The translations under genes were made by a program, and so were the position numbers. Shown here piece after piece: positions 1 to 12,180 of a stretch of DNA of 64,000 nt. Source of the DNA: the human T2T-CHM13v2.0 reference genome, Homo sapiens; NCBI RefSeq assembly GCF_009914755.1, contig NC_060942.1; one strand, given 5' to 3'. Under the pieces are notes generated by a model. That model did no database searches, was not told where the DNA came from, and saw nothing but the letters and a program-made list of their open reading frames with translations. Every line of letters starts with the position of its first letter. Positions within the stretch are counted from its first letter, which is position 1.

Positions 1-1259
1 AGGAAGGAAGGGGGGGCAGGGAGAGTGGGAGGGAGAAAGGAGAGGGAGGGCTCTGCTTCTTTTCTTCCTCCTGTTCTTTATTTTTCAAAAAGGATGTAAT
101 CATCTCTCACCGGGAAGGTGGTACAGGGCATCTCATGAGACAGGACAGTGGCCCAGGAGAAAGGCTCAGGCCTCCAGCAAGGCTAGTATCTGCTTTTGGT
201 GGCCTGAGTGTGGCCCGGGCCCCACTGCACTGCTGGGCACCATTGGGGAGCAAAGGCAGCCCCTTGCCAGCTGCAGGGTTTCTTCCCTTCTTTCCCTCCC
301 TGATCTCCCTCAAGCCTCTGCAAGCCTGGCCTGTGCCCAGCTCCCTGTCTCACCTCACTAAGGATGGGCCCCATCCCTCTCTCTGCCTGGTGAATTCCCA
401 CCAATCAGCCAAGGCCTCGGTAACATCTCACCTCGTCCAGGCAGCCCTCCCAAGCCCTCTAGGTAGCGCTGATTCCCTCCATTCTCAACTCTAGAGGCCT
501 GTCCCAGGCACCCAGTGCTGGGGTCGGATCTGCTTTCCTTGCTTCCTAATTGAGCCTTTGCATTAGCTGCCCAAAGAAGGATGGGCACTAGAGGGACAGA
601 GCCTCACAGTACCAGGTCGGGTGGGTGCATCATCACACATCTGTGAGCAGATGACATTTCCACCACGGTGCAGAGGATACCCATGAGGCACAGAGGGGTC
701 GGATGGAATGCTCATGGTCACTCACTATCTAGGGGGAGGCAGGGCTTGGACTTAAATGCATGTGTGTGTGTCTAAAGGCCAGATACTGCGCTTTCTCTCC
801 CCTGGCCTCCCCTGGGATGGTTCTGGGGCAGTGCCTGATTCTTTCCCACCTGTCTGCCTCAAAGGTCAGCCCAGGGCTCTGCGCTCAGCCCCTGTTCCAG
901 GAGCACTTGCAGCCAGAGAATAGGAGAATATATTTTCCCATGAGGTTTACCAAGGTTGAGGGCAGGCTCGGCGAGCTCTTATGACTCCTGGCCCGTGGCT
1001 GGCACTCCAGCCAACAAAGCCCAAGTGGTGCCCAGAGCCTGCTGTCGAGTCACGAGTGCTGTCCCAACCTTGCCCAGTCAGCAGAAGAGCTACTTCCTCC
1101 CTCAGAAGAGCCCCTTCCACATCCTGTGCTTAGCTGTGTGCCCAGGGACACTCCAAGCCAAGGTCCCAGCTCACAAGTCACCTCCCCAGAATGCTTAGCA
1201 TCTGTTTTCTGAGACTCATGCGTGGAGGACAAGACATTCTCAGAAAAGTCACTAAAAGG

Positions 1260-1430
1260 GGTGCTAGCACCACTTCTGCCACCAAGGTTTGATAAATCTC
1301 TTCACTTCTCTGGGTCTCAGTTTTCCCTTCCATCAAATGGGCATGCTGAGTCCTGCCCTAGTTGTCTTACATGGGTGGGTGGTGCTGGCTTCAAATGAGA
1401 TGGCAGCAGGGAGTACTGAGAGCCGCTTGA
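1260..1430 (+). mobile_element. MIR
   Basis: CTTCACTTCTCTGGGTCTCAGTTTTCCCTTCCATCAAATGGG core. Confidence 0.6.
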
Positions 1431-1825
1431 ATGTCAGGCAGTCTCCTTCAAGGTCCCTGTTCCATTTACTCTGCTTCATGCTCTCCCAAGACTCTCCTTT
1501 TCCTTCCCTGACCCCATCTGGAGTGGGTAAGTAAGGCCGGGGCTCAGTTGTCCTCTCCAGTAAGAAGCAACCAGATTCAGGGCCAAGAGAGTGGCTTCCA
1601 GAGAGCCCCTCCTGGGGCCAGGAGAGGATGGGAGTTCCTGGAAGAGCTTTCTCTTAGAAGAGACCTGGGCTAGAAATCATGAACGTGGGTTTTATGCTCA
1701 CAGCTAAGCCACTTTTCTTCTTTGGATGCCTGTGGCCTTATGTATAGGGAGGAATGGAGTTGAATGAGCTGATCTGTGCAGCCTGGCCCCTTCCATTCAG
1801 ATGGTATGGTTAAGAATGGGGCTTA

Positions 1826-2116
<291 letters not shown>

Positions 2117-2700
2117 TCAATTTCCTTTTAGCATGTGATTTGGGGCAGGTTTCTTAGCTGCTTTCCTCGTCTGTAAAATAGGAGTCTAGCAGCACTTACT
2201 TACCTCCCTGGCTTGCTGAGGGTTAAGTGAGAACACACATGCCTGGTGTACAGGCAGGGCTGGCTCTCAGTAATCAGAGAGTACCAGTCACCACCAGCAC
2301 AATGAAGCACTGCCTCGGGCGAGGGGCGGTGCTTAGCACTAAGCACACATTTTCTCACTTAGTCCACTGGCTCTATTTTCATTTTTTGGCGTGTCTGTGA
2401 GAAATATGGAGATCCTCGAGAGGTGAGGTCAGAGCGCTACCTGGAATTATGGATCTAATTTGGCATCTACAGAGTAAGTCTCAGCATCTGGCTGGGGCAA
2501 GAGGCTTCTTTACAAAAGAAAAGGGCCTGAGCCACAAACAATTTGAGGGCCAGTGAGGATGGTGACCACCAGGCCTGGGCCAGAGCACGGGAAGGCCAAG
2601 AGGAGTCCTAGGGCTGGCCAGAGCCCATCCTCCTCCAGCCACTGCAGGACACCAAGGCTGAGCCTGAGAAAGGCAGGAGAAGTGCCTTGGGGTTCTCTGG

Positions 2701-2766
2701 TTAGGAGAAGCAGGGGCAGGGGGCAACTGTCCTATTAGGAGAAGCAGGGGCAGGGGGCAACTGTCC
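2701..2766 (+). repeat. Tandem duplication, 34-bp period, 32-bp perfect copies
   Basis: TTAGGAGAAGCAGGGGCAGGGGGCAACTGTCC at 2701-2732 and 2735-2766. Confidence 0.95.
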
Positions 2767-3254
2767 CAGAGGGAAGTGAGGTCCTCATATGACTGGTGTC
2801 TCGCATGGCTGAGGCCAGATTGATGACCAACTTACATCTGCTTGACCCATGGGCCTGGTGACTGGGGCCAGCCAGGCCAACCTGTAGCTTCCAAGAAGCA
2901 GTCTCGTCTCCACACTCCCTTTCTTTCAGCAACTTTTCTATTTTCTAGTTTTGCATCTCCGCTTAGATTCCTGGTTAATCTTCTTTGGAAAAGCTCCAAA
3001 CCCTTCAGCAGAGCTAAGCTGAAAGGGTCACATCCACCATGGGGTCTGCCTAGAGGGGAACATGGGAATGGGCATAACTATCCTGGCTGGAGTTCAGGCA
3101 CAGTGGGCTTTTGGGAGCCGAAACGTCGGTGGGTCAGGGCCAGGTGGGGTGATTGTGGGGACCAAGTCCTTCCTGCCTAAGGTGAGTGCCCTTCTCCCAG
3201 GGGAATCCTCCCCAGCCTTTTTGTGAACAGAGGACCTCAGTGGCTGGCAGGGGA

Positions 3255-3450
3255 GCAGGGTGGTTAGAGACATGGGCTTTGGCATCAGACAGACCTGGAA
3301 TCCCATCTGGGCTCTACCACTTCCTGGCTATGTGATGTTGGAGGAGTTCCTTAACCTCTCTAGCCCCACTGCCCAGACTCTACAGGGGGATCGATAGTGT
3401 GAACTGTGCCCCAGGCCTGTTGTGACACATGTGAAGCTCCCAGTACACTG
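3255..3450 (+). mobile_element. MIR
   Basis: GTGGTTAGAG..GGCTTTGGCATCAGACAGACCTGG..CTCTACCACTTCCTGGCTATGTGA..CTTAACCTCTCT. Confidence 0.7.
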
Positions 3451-5039
3451 CCAGGCCCCACATGTGTTCCTGTTGTGATGCCATTAAGCAGAAGTGTCCT
3501 CTGGATTGCCCAGTCCTCCCAGAACCACACTGGAGCAAGTCTTTTCCATGAGGCACGTCTTTTCCATGGGACAGGAGGGTGGTGGCCTTGATCTGCGGGC
3601 AAGTGCCCCTCCCAGGCCCAGGGAGAGTAGTGGGTAGGAGCTGCCATTCAAAGCCTCAGCCCTGGTTTGTTTCTCCCCGCTCCCCTCCCACCCCCAACGC
3701 CGCCCCCCTGTTCTTTTGGCATTCTCTGTTCCTTCTCTCAGGCGGGTGGCTGAGCAGAAAAACAAATCAAAGTTGCCTTCGTGTCTTGAAGCCCGCGATG
3801 CTCCTGCAAAGCCATCCCTTGCGTCCCATTACCCACCCCAATAACTCTTGTACATGGAGTGTGAAATAATTAGCAGTGGCAAAAATAATTTAGGAAACAA
3901 GAAGAAACTAATTGTATAGGCTTGTTTGGGGAAAACACAGCCGACCAAAAAATCCCACAGTGTAGGGAGATGTGGAGATGTGGACAGACCAGCCAGCTCC
4001 CTGTAGGTCAAGCCCATGGGCTATCACAGGACCTGCTAACTCTACATCTGCCCCTCCAACAGGGGGCTGGCTTGTGCTGTTGCCAGGACAAGTGACCTCA
4101 TGGGCACAGAGGTGACTTCTCAAGACACATTTACAGCCCATCTATGCCATCCCAGGAAGGCAGATGGAGAGGGAGGTTGGGCAAACTGGAAGGGTCTCCT
4201 GCGGTCACATGGGCCTGGTGTCCTCTCTGAACTTGAGCTGCAGTCGCCCACAAGGCCCCCACATCCAGCAGGCCTGGAATGCTCCTGCCTGCCTGCCTTT
4301 GCCATTCAACTCTCCAGCCCCAAAAGACTCCCACTGCACATCAGCCCAACGGCAGCAGCGCCATTAAACGCAATGTGGCGCTTCCCTGGGAAATGGGGGG
4401 AAGCATCGCGCCTTGCATTTTATGGCTCTTCTAACTTTGAAAAGTTTGTTTCCTCCTTGGGCACTTTTCTGCTTCCTAAGCTCCCTTCCATCCTCCGTCT
4501 CATCTGCTCCTCACTTTCCGGGAGCTGGGAGGGGGTCAGGCACCCTCGTTTCCTTGGGCCAGATGAAAAGGAGTGAGGAAACCTGTACATTCTTGAATGG
4601 ATGGTTTCAGGTGAGGGAAACTAGAGCCAGAGAGATGGAATTGTTGGCCTAAAGTCACAGTTGCCAGGAGGGTGTCTCAGGGTGTGACCCAGGGCTCTCT
4701 CTCTGTCCCCTGCTGCTTCTTGCCTTCCCTACCCTGCTGGAGAACTGTCTTGCCCACTCAAGGCGTTCACCATGATCCCAGCTGAGCACGATGGTCTCAT
4801 ATGCTCCCCTCAGTCACTGCTCAAGGCCCAGAGACCCTGACAGTCATCTGAGTGAGTGCTAGGAACAGGGTGGGGAGGAGGCCCCTCCCCTTCTCTTCTG
4901 CCCCTCACCTTAGATGGGTGCATTTGTATTTGTCTAGAACTGATTTACTAGGTTGTTATTCGGGACAGAAATCTCACCTCTCTCTGTGCATGTTCTTGTC
5001 TGCTATCTCCTCACTCATCTTCTCTGGTCTGATAACCTC

Positions 5040-5230
5040 CTAATTCATCCCCTGGCCTCCAGCGTCTCTGTTTCAGGCCAGCACAGTGATTGTCCTAAGG
5101 CCAGGTTCTGATCTGTCACTTCCTTGCTTTGAAATCCTCCATGACTTCCCATTTCCTCTAAAATCAGTGCACACTTCTCAGGCTTGCCTGCTATGTGATA
5201 TTGCTCTCTGCCATCCTCCTTAGTCAAATC
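5040..5230 (+). mobile_element. L2 fragment
   Basis: GATCTGTCACTTCCTTGCTTTGAAATCCTCCATGACTTCCCATT, an L2-type motif. Confidence 0.55.
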
Positions 5231-7249
5231 TCAGTGTTCAAGGCATCACTTTAAATCGGGCTCCTCCTAGAGAAGGCAGCTGTGAGAGAGCAGACCTGGG
5301 TTTATACTGGGCTGCTTGTCCCCTACTTCACTGTTTTCACAGGAATCACAGCGGCTCCCACTGTGGCATGGCTAGTTCTCATCTCTCAGACACACAGCCA
5401 CCTGCTGAACACAATGCCTGAGGGCCCAGGGCCCCTCACATTTAACTTGTGCAAAGAGGCCCCTGTTATGTGCCCACATCTGCCCATCCTCCTGGGTTCT
5501 GCCACGCTGGTGATCAGCACCCCCGAGCCAGAAACCCAGCAGTTCTACATTCCTCCCCCTTCATCCTCACCTACCCCACAGCCATCTCCAAAGTGGATTC
5601 CTCCTCTCCACCAGCCCCTGCCCCAGCCCAGGTCCAGACCTCGCCATCACTCGCCAAGTTTGTGTTTCCTGCAGTTCCTGGGAGCTGTTACCTCCTCTCC
5701 GCTTTTCCCTGCCAGGCACCTCTGGGCCTCTCCTTTCTCCCATTTCTTTTCCCTGGCTTGGCTGAAGTCTGATACTGAGTTGCTATGGCATATGAGACAG
5801 GCTGGGCTTGATCACCGCATCTCTAAGGCCAGACTAAGACATTGGAAGCTGTGGGTGCCAGTGGAGATTGGGGTTGGTAAGTGCTAGCAAGGCAGTGGCA
5901 TGTCTGTGTCATCATCAGTCTGGAATCAGGACATGGGATGAGCCAGGGGAGAGCGTGCAGAGGCAGGAGGGTGACTCTCCAGAGGCAGGCCCCTCTGGGC
6001 CCATTTGCTGTGCTAATTGCCTGACAGAATTACAGGGCAGGTGTCCAGGTCTTGGGCTGTGGTCTCATCACACACTCAGCAGCTGAGGTCTTTTGCGGAG
6101 TGGGGGTTAGGTGGAGAGCTACTGAAATAAGCATGGAGAGGCACCCCCCTCACCTCCTGCTGGGTTGATGGATGGCACTAGGCATGCATAGGTAGGGCAT
6201 GCCTGTTCTCCACGCTGACAAATGCCACAGGTGCAGCTGCAGGGGACATGAGACAGCTGCTCCCATCACATCTCTGTGTGTGCTGCTCAAGGTCATGCTG
6301 TGAGCTCAAGTGGTCTGGTGGACTGGGGGCCTGAAGCCCCCCTTGCGGCCATTGGTTGGTCTCCTTAGCTAACCATTCCTTTCTAGCTGGGGAAGCAGGA
6401 GGGGTGGTGGAAGCAGGATGGAGGCCTCTTCCCTCTGAGCCAAGCCAGTTTAACTGTGCACGTGCTGACACAAACCCTGAGATCTAGCATCTGTATGCTT
6501 GGAGAGAGAAGGGTGATCTCTGCTGTGGCAGCTCAGCTGTCACTAGCGTCACCTCTCTTCTGCCTCAACCTGTTCTTCTGCCTCCTGGGACGTCTGCATA
6601 CACCACTCCTGCCCTAATGTGGTCTTCCCAGCTCAAAGCCCCATCTCGATTGTTCTGGGATGTCATCAGTCTCCCTCCCACAGACAGGGCTCAAGGGTTC
6701 AGCCATCAAAATGGACTTCAGCTTTTCTTTCCCCAAATCACTTGTACAAAAATTAATTTAATGGAAGAATGTTATCAACTTTATATCCCCCCCTCCTCTA
6801 ATGAAAAGAAAACAAAGATTAGCACCTGCAACCACTTATCTATAGTAGACTCTAGAGAATACCATTTTCACATGGAATTGATCTAAATTTATAATATGTA
6901 GGTATTTTGAGTTCTGCAGAAAAGCACCACGAAGCTAGGACATCCAGGCACTGGGTGCCCTACCCATGTGGGAAAGCCATGTGTGTGTGGTGAAAAAATC
7001 CAGGAATTGGCATCTGAGTTTCTGGCATCTTTCATTTGGTTGACCCAAGACTTGATCTATCTGAACCTCAGCTTTGTCATCGGTAATGAGAATAAAACTG
7101 ATCAGATAGGGTTGCCCCTAGGATTAGAGAGAGCAGGCATTGCATGACACAGCAGACACTCAATGAGTATTGAGTTCATCTGAATCAAGGTGGGGACCTT
7201 GAGACAGACAAGTCAGTTTGGACATTGACAAACAATAAGAAGGCATAAG

Positions 7250-7775
7250 CCGTATGATCTAGCAATTCTACTCCTAGGTATATGCCCCAAAGAATTAAAG
7301 ATGGGTATTGAAACATATACTTGTACATGCATGTTCTCAGCAACAGTATTCACAAAACCTAAAGTAGGAATAGCCTACATTTTCATCAGCTTATGAATGG
7401 ATAAACAAAATATGGTATATCCATTCAATGGAATATTATTCAGCCATCTAAAGGAAGATAATTCTGACATACACTACAGTGTGGATGAACCTTGAAAATA
7501 TGCTCAGTGAAAGAAGCCAGACACAAGAGGTCACATATTATTGATTCCATTTATAGGAAACATCCAGAATAAGTAAATCCATGGAGATAGAAAGAAGATT
7601 AGTGGTTACCAGGGATTGGGAGGAGGTAGGAATGGGGTATAACTGCCTAATGCACACGAAGGTTTCCTTCTAGGATGATGAATATGTCTCAGAACTTGAG
7701 CATGATAGTTGCACAACACAGAGATGGTACTAAATGCCACTGAATTGTACACTGTAATGTGGTTAATGTTTAAGA
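7250..7775 (+). mobile_element. Old LINE-1 3' end fragment (L1MB-like)
   Basis: Characteristic motifs GCAATTCTACTCCTAGGTAT, GAATGGATAAACAAAATATGGTATATCCA, GATGAACCTTGAAAA, AGTGAAAGAAGCCAGAC, ACTGAATTGTACACT. Confidence 0.85.
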
Positions 7776-9989
7776 GAAAAGAAGAGTAAAGAAAAGAAAG
7801 CATGGGGGAAATGAATACACTAAAGCACAACAACTTTACCCTCCTCCTGCCCCACGAGTTGCAATATTCCAGCCCAGAATCCTCAGTGCACAGTTCCTCA
7901 GTGCATGCCAGGCTTCTCCTTGCTCAACCTGGCCGAATGTTACTTGGACCCAGCTGGCCAATCTGCTGCAGGGACCCCTGCCTTCTTCCCCAGAAGCTGG
8001 CATTGATCCACTGTGCAGATTTGTCTCTTTGGCACTTGGGTGTCTCAGCTCTCCTGCTCCTCTAGGCTTCCTTAGTGACCCCAGCAGGCTTCCATCAGCC
8101 ACAGAGGTTTCCCTCACTTCTAGAGGCAACCCTGTGCAATCCGTCTCTGCTCTCTACCTCACCAGGATGGTCTGAAGCCCCATCATGAGCTCCCCACTTA
8201 CAGAATGAAACTCGACTTGCCCTTGGCCCTTGCCCCGCCTTTCTACATGCCTGGTGGTCTGAGGGGGTGGACTTCATGGTGCCAGAGTTTCTCCCTGTAG
8301 GATGGTCCAGCAGTAACTTCTCTGCCCTGGGCTTCTGTTTTCTCCTTGGCTCTTAGGGCTTCCTTTGGAAACATCTTCCCTTCCTTCTCCAGGTGCTTCC
8401 ACTTAGCCGTGCACATGCTCCCCCTTTCACCACATAACAGAAACATCCAAGAAGATGTGTCAACAGTCAGTGCTGACCCAGGGGCTGTGCCTGAGAGTGA
8501 CATTGGAGGTGGCCTTCTGGAGGCAGCTCTGCCTTCCTGGGTGGTCTGTTTTCTGTTCCATAGAGTAACTTGTGCAGCCTCTAGGCCATTACCCAGGGGC
8601 ACTATTTGTCACCCATCACCCCACCTCCTGGTCATCACCATCCCCACCAGAAGGTGCCTTCCTGTGTCCCCCATCCCCCAGCGGTGCTCTGTAATGATTT
8701 GTTAAAAGATTGAATGATGAATAAATAAAGGGGAGGATGGTCTCTTTCAGGACCTTTCACCAACCTCTCCCTTCCTTAAAATCCTTGCGTGTTGGAAGCC
8801 GAAACCTTGCATGTCCTTAGTTACTCACTCACCCATCCTGCCACAGGTATGCATCAGCTGCCCTCCACAGGCAGGCTCTTTGTTCGGTCAGGTGCCCACT
8901 GTGTGCTGCCCTCATGAGCATGTGAGCCTTGATGCTTCCGGCAAGCCAAGCTTCCTGGGGCACGGTTGGGTCTCCCCGCGTCCGGGTCCCCTGCACAAGG
9001 CTCTAGCCCATCAAGGTCAGCCCCAAAGTCCTTGGCATTCCCCAGGCTCTCCTCTCAGGCCCAGCTCAGCCTGGGCCTCCCTCAGGACTTGAATCCTAGT
9101 CTCGCTTACCCACATTTCACTCTCCCTTCCCCAAACTCAGCCTGTGACACTCTTGGTCTAACATACCCATTCGACACACTCCTCACACTGCCATTGACTA
9201 CCCAGATGTGAATCTCCTCCTGCTGTGAGCGCCAAACAGTGGGAGCATGGGCTTCTTCATCTGTGCATCCATGGCAGCACTTAGCGCTCAGTCAACATCT
9301 CCCAGTGGTAAGGCAGGAGGTAGGTGGGATAAGTTGCTGGTTATCCTTTCCCTCACGCTCTCTGCTCTTTTTCTTTCATTCTTTCTTCTTTTTTGTAAAG
9401 CTGGAGGGAATACAACTTCAGCATCTCCACCCACTTTATAAATACTTTGACAAATGGTTTCTCTCCTACCATGCTTACCCCAAGCAGGGGCATCTGTCAT
9501 TTCTGAAAGCAACTGTTACAGCCCCTCCGACCTTTAATGCAGAGTCAGCGGCTGGGGCTGGGGGTGGGGATAGAGGAGGGGGCAGCCACGACTGCAGTTC
9601 ATCAGGCCCAGAATTTAAAAAAAGAAAGAAAGAAAGACAGAAAAAACCGTACACAACTCACAGAGTAATTGCTGTTTCCTTGGCAACAAAGCAGCAGTCT
9701 GGGGCCCAGTGCTCTGCTGTCCTTCGCTGGGCTGGGAGGGCCAGGGACAGTTGGGGGGCAGGGGGCGAGAGTGTTTCCCTCCTCCTGTGGCCCTTGGAAG
9801 AGAATCTGTCTTCAAGTCACTCTTCAGCCACCTTTCTTGTTTTCTGTTGGTCTCTTGGCTGCAGTTCATAATATCCAGGCCAATGTCCATGTGCTGAGCG
9901 TGATGGGGCCGTGTCGGCCACCCACCCTCCAAGATGAGTTCCGTGGAGCTGCGGCCTCTCTGAAAGCCCAGGCACCATTTAAGGCATTG

Positions 9990-10500
9990 TCTTCTTTCCT
10001 CCTCCTCTTTCTCTTCCTCCGGTTCCCTTCTTTTCTCTTTCCTTTCTCCCTCCTCCCCCTTTTTCCTTCTTTTCCTTTCTCTTCCCTTTCTCCTCATGCT
10101 TCATTTTCCTCCTCTTCTTCCTCTTTCTCTTTCTTCTCTTCCTTTTCTTCCTACTCCATCTCCTGTCCTTTCTTCTTCCACCCTTTATCTTGACACCTTT
10201 CTCGTCTTCCTCCTTCTCTTCTTTCTCCTCCTTCTCCTCCTCCTCTTTGTCCTCTTCTTCCTCCTCCTTCTCCATCTCTTTCTTCTCCTCCTCTTCTTTC
10301 TTCTGTTCTTTATCTTTGACTCCTTTCTGTTTTTCTTCCTCCTCCTCCCCTTTCTCCTTCTTCCCTCCTGCTTTCTCTTTTTCTTCTTCCCTTTAGTCCT
10401 TCTATACTTTCTCCTCTACTTTCCTTTCTCCTCTTGTTCTTCTTCCTCCTCTTCCTGTTCCTCTTCTTTCTTCTCTCTCCTCCTCCTCCTTCTCCTCTCT
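9990..10500. repeat. ~500-bp CT-rich low-complexity polypyrimidine/polypurine tract
   Basis: Nearly pure C/T on the plus strand, built of TCC/TTC/TCT units. It produces the spurious E/K/R-rich and S/F/L-rich ORFs in the track. Confidence 0.95.
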
Positions 10501-11199
10501 GCCCTTGTCTTTGTAAAAACACCCTTCTCCCGGGAGTTCTGCAGGTGTCATTGGCCTTCAGGGCCCATGGATGACAGCAGAGAGCTGGAGAATGGGAATT
10601 TTGAGGAGTGTGGGGTCTCAGAGGCTGGGAGATGCATGGTGGATCTCAGGGGCACAGGAGACCCAGGCGAAAGTGAGAAAAGTGCCTTCTCTAGAGGTTT
10701 GGGAGAAGAGTTGAAACCCATGACCTTCCCTAGCATCCACCAACCACCTGGTCCAGTCATGTGTGGTGCTGCTGCGGGAACTGAGAATGGAACAACAGCC
10801 CTTTGTTCCCTGCCTCAATATGGGTCGCTTTGTCTTCCAAGGAAAACTCTGTGGTATCCCCCATTCTAGAAAGTGTCTCCCAGTTCTGCCAACTCTAATG
10901 GTCCATCCCTACTCTGCCACATGCAGGACCTTCTCTTTCAATCCATGTCTGTCATCTGGGAGGTGGGATGGACTCCCAGGCACAGTGTGAGCAAACTGAG
11001 AGTTGGAGAAAGCCTCATTCTTACAGGCTCCTCTGTGTCCAGCAGGTGTTCAGCAAATGTGTGTCCATGGATTGGCAGCAATATGGGTTTCCTCTGGTCT
11101 GAGCTTTACTTTCCAAAGAGAAAGGCATGGAGAGCTACTGGGCAGGGGCGTGGACCATTCTTATGGAATGGATTTGATGTCTCCATTCTTTCACTCACT

Positions 11200-11440
11200 C
11201 CAGGGCCTCTTTAGTCTGCACCAACCTTCTCTTTCCAGCTCTACCTACTAAGCTTCTGTCAAGAACATCTTCTTACTGTTCCTGAGACACACCTGCTCAT
11301 TCCTACCAGATTGTCCATGCTCATCCTGGTTCCAGCTCCTGGAATACCCTCCCTAGCACTTTCTGCTTATCTTTATCCAACCTGTACTTTCAGGCCAATC
11401 CCCAGTGCTCCCTCCTCTATGGAGCCTCCCTGAAGGGTTC
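11200..11440 (+). mobile_element. L2 fragment
   Basis: CCTGGAATACCCTCCC..TGCTCCCTCCTCTATGGAGCCTCCCTGA, L2-like. Confidence 0.5.
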
Positions 11441-11558
11441 ATGAACTTCTGCATGCCTTGTCTTGCTCCAGCAGTTACAGTCCTAACTACCTCTCTTGTG
11501 TTGTCCTCTGATGGGTCCATGAGGCCCTAATTTTGTCCCTCTTCCCTTCTGTGTGGTG

Positions 11559-11560
<2 letters not shown>

Positions 11561-11598
<38 letters not shown>
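11561..11598. repeat. (GT)19 microsatellite
   Basis: Read directly. Confidence 0.97.
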
Positions 11599-11601
<3 letters not shown>

Positions 11602-12017
11602 CCTTCTGACAGAGGTGTGGGATGGTGACTTCTGAGGTGATGGCTCTACCAAGTCCAGCAAACGCAGATGCTCAGGGCAAGTCCCTAGAAATGTGGAGAC
11701 ACAGATCTCTCTGGTCTACTGGTCAGCAGAGCACTGGGTCCCTGGTACCTCTTTCTGCATTTCCTGTACCCTGACCCATCTCAAACAACTAGAGGCTCTG
11801 ATCCTCTCTGGCCCTGGTGTTCAAGGTAATCTGCTCCACTTCTCCCATCATCTGAGGGGTCCTTGACTAACAGCTGAAAGTACGGCCCTCTTCCCCTCTC
11901 TCTCCTAGGACGAGGGTATTACAATGGGAACCAAAGCTTCCTGCAAAAGGAACACTGTTTTCTGGCCCAGGGCTTTCATGGAAATCATGGGTTAGGACTT
12001 CTTCATAGTATGGCACA

Positions 12018-12180
12018 TCACCAGCAAACACTTATTGAACACTTATTGCATGCATGGCTCTGTGCTGGATGCTGATGAGAAGGAAAAGAGTTTCTTCCGA
12101 GAGCCTGGTATCTGACCTCAGGGAGCTCAGAGCCCCCTTGAAGAGCAAAGCAGACACATGAACAGACAATCACACGAGGA
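12018..12180 (-). mobile_element. L2 3' end fragment
   Basis: CAGCAAACACTTATTGAACACTTATTG..GGCTCTGTGCTGGATGCTG..CCTCAGGGAGCTCA. Confidence 0.6.

Noticed and set aside
9615-10869. Long ORFs (160-257 aa) rich in E/K/R or S/F/L
   Set aside because: Artefacts of the stop-poor CT/GA low-complexity tract.
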